Source: Zygnema circumcarinatum SAG 698-1b (lineage: Eukaryota; Plantae; Zygnematophyceae). From it: a DNA stretch of 64,000 bases. The first letter of the stretch is position 1. Every line of letters starts with the position of its first letter. Location of the stretch: NCBI GenBank assembly GCA_037447605.1, contig CM074816.1:1454525-1518524 (forward strand), written 5' to 3'. The position numbers were made by a program, and so were the translations under genes. Under the pieces are notes generated by a model. The model saw nothing but the letters and a program-made list of their open reading frames with translations. It had not been told where the DNA came from and ran no database searches. Positions 58,050-64,000 of this stretch are shown here, piece by piece.

Positions 58050-58134
58050 TGACGTGGCCCCACGTGTGGCGTTGCCACGTGGCGGCTCCAGCGGTTCGGG
58101 CGGGGCTTGGCATCCCTGTGGCGTGCCACGTGGC
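58050..58134. promoter_or_regulatory. G-box/ABRE cluster upstream of SGNH B
   Basis: TGACGTGGC at 58050, CACGTG at 58061, perfect palindromic GCCACGTGGC at 58074 and 58125. Confidence 0.55.
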
Positions 58135-58755
58135 TTGGTTCCGTCCGTTTAGAGACCGACGGATTCAGTTACCGTACGGTTGAAGGATGTTTCGTACAAT
58201 TGATTGCGTACGGACGGTCATCACATGTACGGCCCCCCGGCCTCCGCGCGATATGGCATCGTATTGGTAATATCGATTACGGTTTTTTCGATACGATGCA
58301 AACTCTATGGATTCCTCTGGTCTACACGATTTTCGTATCGAAATGTACGATATGTCTCGATATTGTCAGGCGCCAAGGCTCCCTACTGTCGTTTAGGGTT
58401 TTAAGATTTAAGATTTAGGATTTATTATGTTTAGGGTTTAAGGTTTATCAGGTTTATGGGCTGGGGTTTGGGTTTAGGGTTTTGAACGTGTAAGGTTTGT
58501 AGGAGAGGGAGAGAAGAGGGTTCTGTGAGAGATAGAGAAATGGAAAAGATCGAAGGAAAGAGATTGAGAGGTTTTGAAAAGAAAAGAGATGGGAGAGAGA
58601 GAGATTGAAAGAGAGAGAGGGAAAGAGTCAGAGAGAGAGAGCGAGTGACCTATTTTTCTTATCGAGGTTATGAGTTCAAACCCTGCCAGCTCCGCTTTTC
58701 AGATCTCACAAAATACGCTTCCACCCCTCGCACTCACCACAAACTAAAAAACGAA

Positions 58756-61700
58756 ATGTTTTCTCCGAAGCAATGGGTCCATGCTCTGTACCTCCTGGTC
58801 CTATTTCAAGCCCTCCTGATCGAATTTGTCGCTGGAAAGTCTAAATCTCTTCATTCGGCGGATCACTTTCCGGCGGAGCCGAGGAGTTGGTACAAGTGGG
58901 AGAAGCTTCATAAGAAGTATGTGAAGAGGGCGGCGGCGCTCTCTCACGTGGACGTGTTGGTCATGGGAGACTCTCTCACAGAGGTAAGCTCGGAGACTGT
59001 CTCGAAGAGTACTTTAGCAAGGTACTTGATAAAGCTATGCGATTGATAATAACTTAATCAAGGGTTTCGGATGGATGGTTGTGTTCTCTTTGTTGCTGCG
59101 TAAAAATATGGTCCCTCCCTTCCTCCCTCCCTGTGTTCTGAATGGCACCTGCTCTTCGCCTCTCCCCCTCTCCCTCTCATTCTCTGCCCCTCCTCCCTCT
59201 CTCGTTTCCACTCTTTCTCTCTCCCTCTCCCCCACTTTCTCATGTGAATCTGCTCTACCAGCCCTCATGCTGGCCTGGATGCATGCAGGGTTGGGAGGGC
59301 ACTCTGGCCGGCAAGAAGATCGACCTCTATAAGGGAGTCAAGTGAGCTTCCCTCTCCCTCTCCCTCTCCATGCTTACACACCTCTCGCCTTAAATCGTAT
59401 TTCTGTAACTGCGCTTCATACCCGTCCCTACTGAACGGAATGCGACAATTTCATACATAGACAAACTAATCCATGTTAGGAATCTGTTCCCTTCTTTCGG
59501 CCTTTCGTATGTTTAAAGTAGCGATGTTGATGTTGGATACCTTATCTGTATTTGCATGTATGTATGCATGTATGCATGTATGTATGTATGTAAAGCTTTG
59601 TTTTTTTTCTTCTCTGCAGGAAGGTGTGGAAGGCCTTCCAGAACCGCTCGGGAGAAGTCGTTCGGCAGTTTGGCATCGGAGGGGATGCAGTGCGGCACCT
59701 GCGTTGGCGTATGCAGGTGATTTAGGGTTTGGGGTTTAGGGGTTAGGTTTGGGGTTTGGGGTTTGGGGTTTGGGGTTTGGGGTTTGGGGTTTGGGGTTAG
59801 GGCTTGAGGTTGTTTGGGGTTTAGGGGTTAAGGTTTAGGGTTCAGGGGTAAGGTTTAGAGTTTGGGATTAAGGGTTTGAGGTTTTAGGTTTGGGGTTTAG
59901 GGTGGAGGTATTGGGTGTAAGGCGTAGGGCTTAGGGACTCGGGACTAGGGTCTAGGTTATAGGGTTTGGGCTTTGGAGTTTGGAGTTTGAGATTCTAAGT
60001 TTGGAGTTTTGGGATTTAGGGTTTCGGGTTTAGAGGGAGATGTAGATATTTAGAGTTTTTAGGGATCTCCGTCAGGCAGAGAGGCGACTGCACCCCTGAC
60101 TTTCCGTTGAACTGGGTTTCCATGCTCCGTCCGTAGAACGGAGAACTGCCCCCTTCCATGCACGTTCGCGTGCTCGTGATCTGCATTGGAGTGAACGACA
60201 TCGTGCGCAGAGTCAAAGAGGATCAAGATTCGCCCAAAAATGTATCAAAACAGGTAAACTGAACTGAAAGAAAACGTAGGGGTTGAAGGATTTGGAAACC
60301 TTCGAGGGTTTGGGTTTTGGAACTTGAATGGGAATGATTTGGGATTTTGGGGTTCTGAACATATTTAAGCATTTGGGTTATATTTTTGCATAGCAAGGAT
60401 TTGGGGTTTTAGAAAATTTGAAGGATTAGAAGAAGTTTCTGAATATTTTTGGATGTGGGAGATTTATTTTTTCGGTTTGTTATATATTATATTTTCTTTC
60501 CCTCGTGTTACGTTTCCCGGTCCCAAATATGTTTTCTTTTGCAGATAATTGGTCTTGTCCGATGGGTGCAACAAAATCACAAGGAAACAAAAATCCTACT
60601 ACTTGGTCTGCTGCCCACGGTCAGTTCCAAACTCAGTCCTCCCTCTCTCTCTCTCCCTCTCTCTCTCTCCCTCTCTCTCTCTTCCTCTCTCTCTCCCTCT
60701 CTCCCTCTGTCCCTCTCCCCTCCCTCCCTCCTCCCCCCTCACTTCCTCGCACTCCTATTCTCCCTTTCCTCTTCTCTCGCTTCGCTCTCTCGCTTAATAC
60801 TTTCTTTTCCCCTCTCTATCCCCTCTCCTCTCGTCCTCCCTCCCATCCCCCCCCTCCTCTAACCTCCCACTTCCCCCTATCCCTCCAGCTCCCCCTCACT
60901 CTCCCCCTCCCCATTCTCCCAGCTCCCTCCTCCCCTCCCTCCCTCCCTGCCTCCCTTCCTCCCTCTCTCCCACTTCTCTCCATCTCCTTTTCTCGCTCGT
61001 CCCTCGCCCCGTCTCTCTCGCTTCCCACTCTCTCTCACACTCTCCCTCCATGGGCGTGACACATGGCGCGCTCCCATTGGCTCTCAGAGCTTCCCTAAAG
61101 GCGGGAATAAGCTCCAATCGAGTCCCTCAAAAGTGAATTCTCTGCTCCGCAATTGGCTGAAGCGGGAGAAAACAGGTGAGGCGCACAAAAGGAAATATTT
61201 TGGAGTTTCAAATTGGTTTGACTTATGCGGAAGTAACAGTCAACTGCCCCGATGGTGGTAATGATTGCCTTTGTTGACCTCCCCCATGTTTTGTCGTTTT
61301 GTGGCGGTGGGGCCCACTTGGCAGTTGGAGACTCTCTGCAATTCCTCGACTGTTCGAAGCAATTTATTTCGAACGGACTTTTGGAAACCAAATATTTTAT
61401 TCAAGTGAGTTTTTTCGCTATTTTCTTTTCTTGACCCCTTCAGAAGTGCCGGCCTTTAAACCCCCTCCCACCCCCCTCTACATGGTTCTATTTGGCACCG
61501 AAGCTCCGCATATGCTGAAGCAGACGCTCCTTGGTCTCTCTCTCTTTCTCTCTCTCTAACTCTCTCTCTCTCTCTCGCTCTCTCTCTCTCGTTGTCTCTC
61601 TCTCTCTCTTCGCTCACTCTTTCTCCCCCTCTGTCTCCCCCTCCCCCTCCCACTCTCCCACTCTCCGCCCCTCCCCATCCCCCTCCCCACCTCCCCCTCT

Positions 61701-62011
61701 CCCACTCCCCACTCCCCTCTTCCTCTCCCTCCTTCCCCCTCTCCCTTTCCCCCCTCCCTCCCCTCTCCCTCTCCCCCATCCCTCCCATCTCCCTCTCCCC
61801 CCTCCTCCCTTCTCCCTCTCCCTCTCCCCCCTCCCTCCCCTCCCCCTCTCACTCTCCCTTCCCCCCTCCCCCCCCGCCCTCCATTTTTCAGGACTGCTGC
61901 GAGTTCATCCACTTCAACCAGGAAGGGTACGAACGGTGGAAGGAGTGCATCCTGCCAGGTGTCACTTCCTTATTGGCTTCCAGTCCGAAGCAAGGAAGCG
62001 ATGCCACGTAA
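58756..62011 (+). CDS. Secreted SGNH/GDSL hydrolase B (PAF-acetylhydrolase Ib-like), paralogue of A, 8 exons: 58756-58983, 59289-59341, 59620-59716, 60137-60253, 60545-60619, 61088-61175, 61325-61404, 61892-62011
   Basis: Signal peptide; MGDSLTE; FGIGGDAVRHLRWRMQNGEL; ICIGVND; LGLLPT; LDCSKQF; CEFIHFNQEGYERWKECI. Intron phases are identical to hydrolase A. Confidence 0.9.
59721..60030 (+). repeat. Telomere-like array (TTTGGGG / TTTAGGG variants) in SGNH B intron 3
   Basis: (GGGGTTT)n run plus TTTAGGG units. Shorter arrays also occur at 14395-14428, 26507-26562 and 58392-58480. Confidence 0.8.
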
Positions 62012-64000
62012 GCGTCCCATGGTGACATCGCGTCGCAGTTCAAACCATTTCCATGTGCCATTTCAGCCCCAGTTTTTCAGTTTCAGTCGCAATGGCCAAC
62101 AGCCCCTCCAGGGCACATATGCCAGTCATTACAACCACAAAAGTTAAATTTGTGAGATTTGAATAAAAAATGTCCCCTTAAAAAAGATAAGGATGGCTAA
62201 TCTTCTTTTCCTCGTCGTTGCTGTCGACAATTTCAGCGCTTGTTTATTTATTTCAGTTTTTTTTTTAATTATTTTAACGTACTTCATTGTTCCCAAAACC
62301 TTCTTCTTTAAGTCAACCATGACCACCAGCCTCCCAAAAGGCTGAACACTCTTCCAAAGTCACCAAACGGCGGAAGCTCCTTTCAATGTCAGGACGAAAT
62401 TTAACTTTGTCGGCAAATCTAACGGACCCAAAACTTTGAAAGCTGTACCGTACAATACGGTTAAACAGTTTGATGTGTTTTGCAGTTCCGTATTGTTTTG
62501 TACTGTTCGTACGGTACGGCTTTCTCCACCGACATGATTACATCCGTACAGTCAACAAGAAGGTCGGCCTCTAAAGTTGTAATGTTTCGATAAAGTCAAC
62601 GCAATCCACAATGTTAACAAGCAAGCCATGTCTTTACGGAGGTCCAATGTGCAGGGCACTTCAAATAGGGGATTTCGGCTTAAGATAGGGGACTGTCCCC
62701 TAACTTGGTTTTGTAAAAACACGTAAATATGGACTGTACGGACGAAACCGTGCACATACGGACGTTCATCATTTCCCAACACTGCTACCGTCGAGTCTGA
62801 TTTTTCAGTAATTGGATGGGAGAAAGACGAGTTTCGAAGGAGGTTGACAGACTTTTCATTGGAAGGCATTCTTCACTGCAAACAGTTTGATATTTTGACC
62901 GTTCTTCGAGGGTCTCTTTGAGTAGTTTGCATCACTTCTATAGCTGTCTTGTTCAGCCTAAAACTCCTAAGGGAGTGAGACCATTTTTCATTTCATTTCT
63001 AATTTTAGTTCCTATTTCAGTTTTTCTTTTGTGACTACACCTAGAATTTCAAAGGTTGTGATTTGGAATAGAGTTTTTGTGAGGAAATTTCAAGACTATG
63101 ATGGATTCTAATGTGATACTTGGAGTAATTAATTATGGATGGAAAAGAAAATAGAGAGCTTAGGATTGGATCTACAAAGTTTTCGNNNNNNNNNNTAATC
63201 AACTATATGTTGTGATTGCCAAATGCACAGTTGTTCTAATTGATTGGTAAAATTTACCAATCTATAAGAGTCGAAGAGGTTGCACCAGTTTCTAAAGCCG
63301 TGTTGTTATATCAACAAGTAAAGTTCATATACATCATTGCTATCGTGGTTGCAAATGCAATTCATTTCCTTTTTGTTTTTAACCAAAAAAATACTTTTTT
63401 GGGGCTTGTGTGGTATTTAAGTTGAAATCACGTAAACTAATCTCAAAATCTTACATAAAGAGGTGTAAACTTTCATTGAACTCGCGATGGCGAGGCCATC
63501 AAATGTACATGGACAAAGGCAAAATGTGGAACCACGAAGGACTGGTCACCAAGGACCGAAACACAATAAAACAAAGCTAGAGCGGAAAACTACGCCTAGG
63601 CACAACAACGCACGTTACACGTTACCTACCTAAAAACCCTAAAAACCCTAAAAACCCACGTTATACATAAATAAGCTATTTACGATATTTAGGGGATCTC
63701 CCCTATTTGAAGAGCCCTGCCAATGTGCGTTTGAAAACGTACAAGAATGTACGGCTCAAGAAGGCCTTGTACGGTATTGTACGGCTCTCAGGGGTTCAGG
63801 GAGGCTGGTCGCGGGCGGGCGAGGGTTCATCCACGGTCGACTTTCTGAGGTCGCGTCGCCACGTGTCGTCACGGCATTGGCGCTTCGCTCGAGGAGGGCC
63901 ACATGGCGGCCATAGGAGATGCCACGTGGCGAGCAGCTGCTGCCACGTTGCGGACACGCAGCTCGTCATCCGCAGGGAGCGCGCCATCCAGCAGCTCCAC

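Larger units (their letters stand above)
4330..63195. other. Eight 10-N scaffold gaps: 4330-4339, 31822-31831, 37616-37625, 42498-42507, 42862-42871, 48364-48373, 56647-56656, 63186-63195
   Basis: Read directly from the sequence; several fall in homopolymer G/C tracts. Confidence 0.98.

Noticed and set aside
56933-60030. True chromosome end or telomere fusion
   Set aside because: Arrays are short, degenerate, and embedded in introns and promoters of intact genes.
62340-63480. Degenerate transposase or retroelement coding sequence
   Set aside because: No RT, integrase or DDE motif recognised in any frame; only scattered CGTAC-rich patches.
1-64000. rRNA, tRNA or snoRNA genes
   Set aside because: None recognised by eye; short structured RNAs cannot be excluded without tRNAscan-SE or Infernal.

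Overview
This is a gene-dense, intron-rich eukaryotic scaffold. GT-AG introns, plant-type TTTAGGG-like repeats, G-box-rich promoters, a SWI1/AM1 gene and a hydroxyproline-rich wall protein point to a streptophyte green alga or plant (inference). Most long ORFs in the supplied track are artefacts of GA/CT microsatellites that fill the introns. I rebuilt nine protein-coding genes by hand, checking splice sites and phases. (1) A 17-exon, ~1,630-aa gene joining an N-terminal BAH domain in frame to a SWITCH1/DYAD/AMEIOTIC1 meiotic protein, the most unusual item. (2) DUF3429/TMEM69-like. (3) Intronless UTP18. (4) A basic/acidic nuclear-type protein with a NUCKS1/RAD51AP1-like N-terminus. (5) A tandem two-domain universal stress protein. 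(6) A ~1,100-aa Ser/Pro-rich AGP/extensin-like protein with a hydrophobic tail. (7, 8) Two paralogous secreted PAF-AH-like SGNH hydrolases, flanking (9) an SDR oxidoreductase. Non-coding features include two adjacent foldback elements, one with a Tc1/mariner-type MITE at its exact centre. There is also a 5x64-bp CCAAT+ABRE array upstream of the USP gene, variant telomere-like arrays and an orphan NEMF/Rqc2 exon fragment. Eight 10-N gaps are present, and three gap-bounded duplications look like assembly artefacts. I found no rRNA, tRNA or CRISPR array. All family assignments come from remembered motifs; no database search was run.
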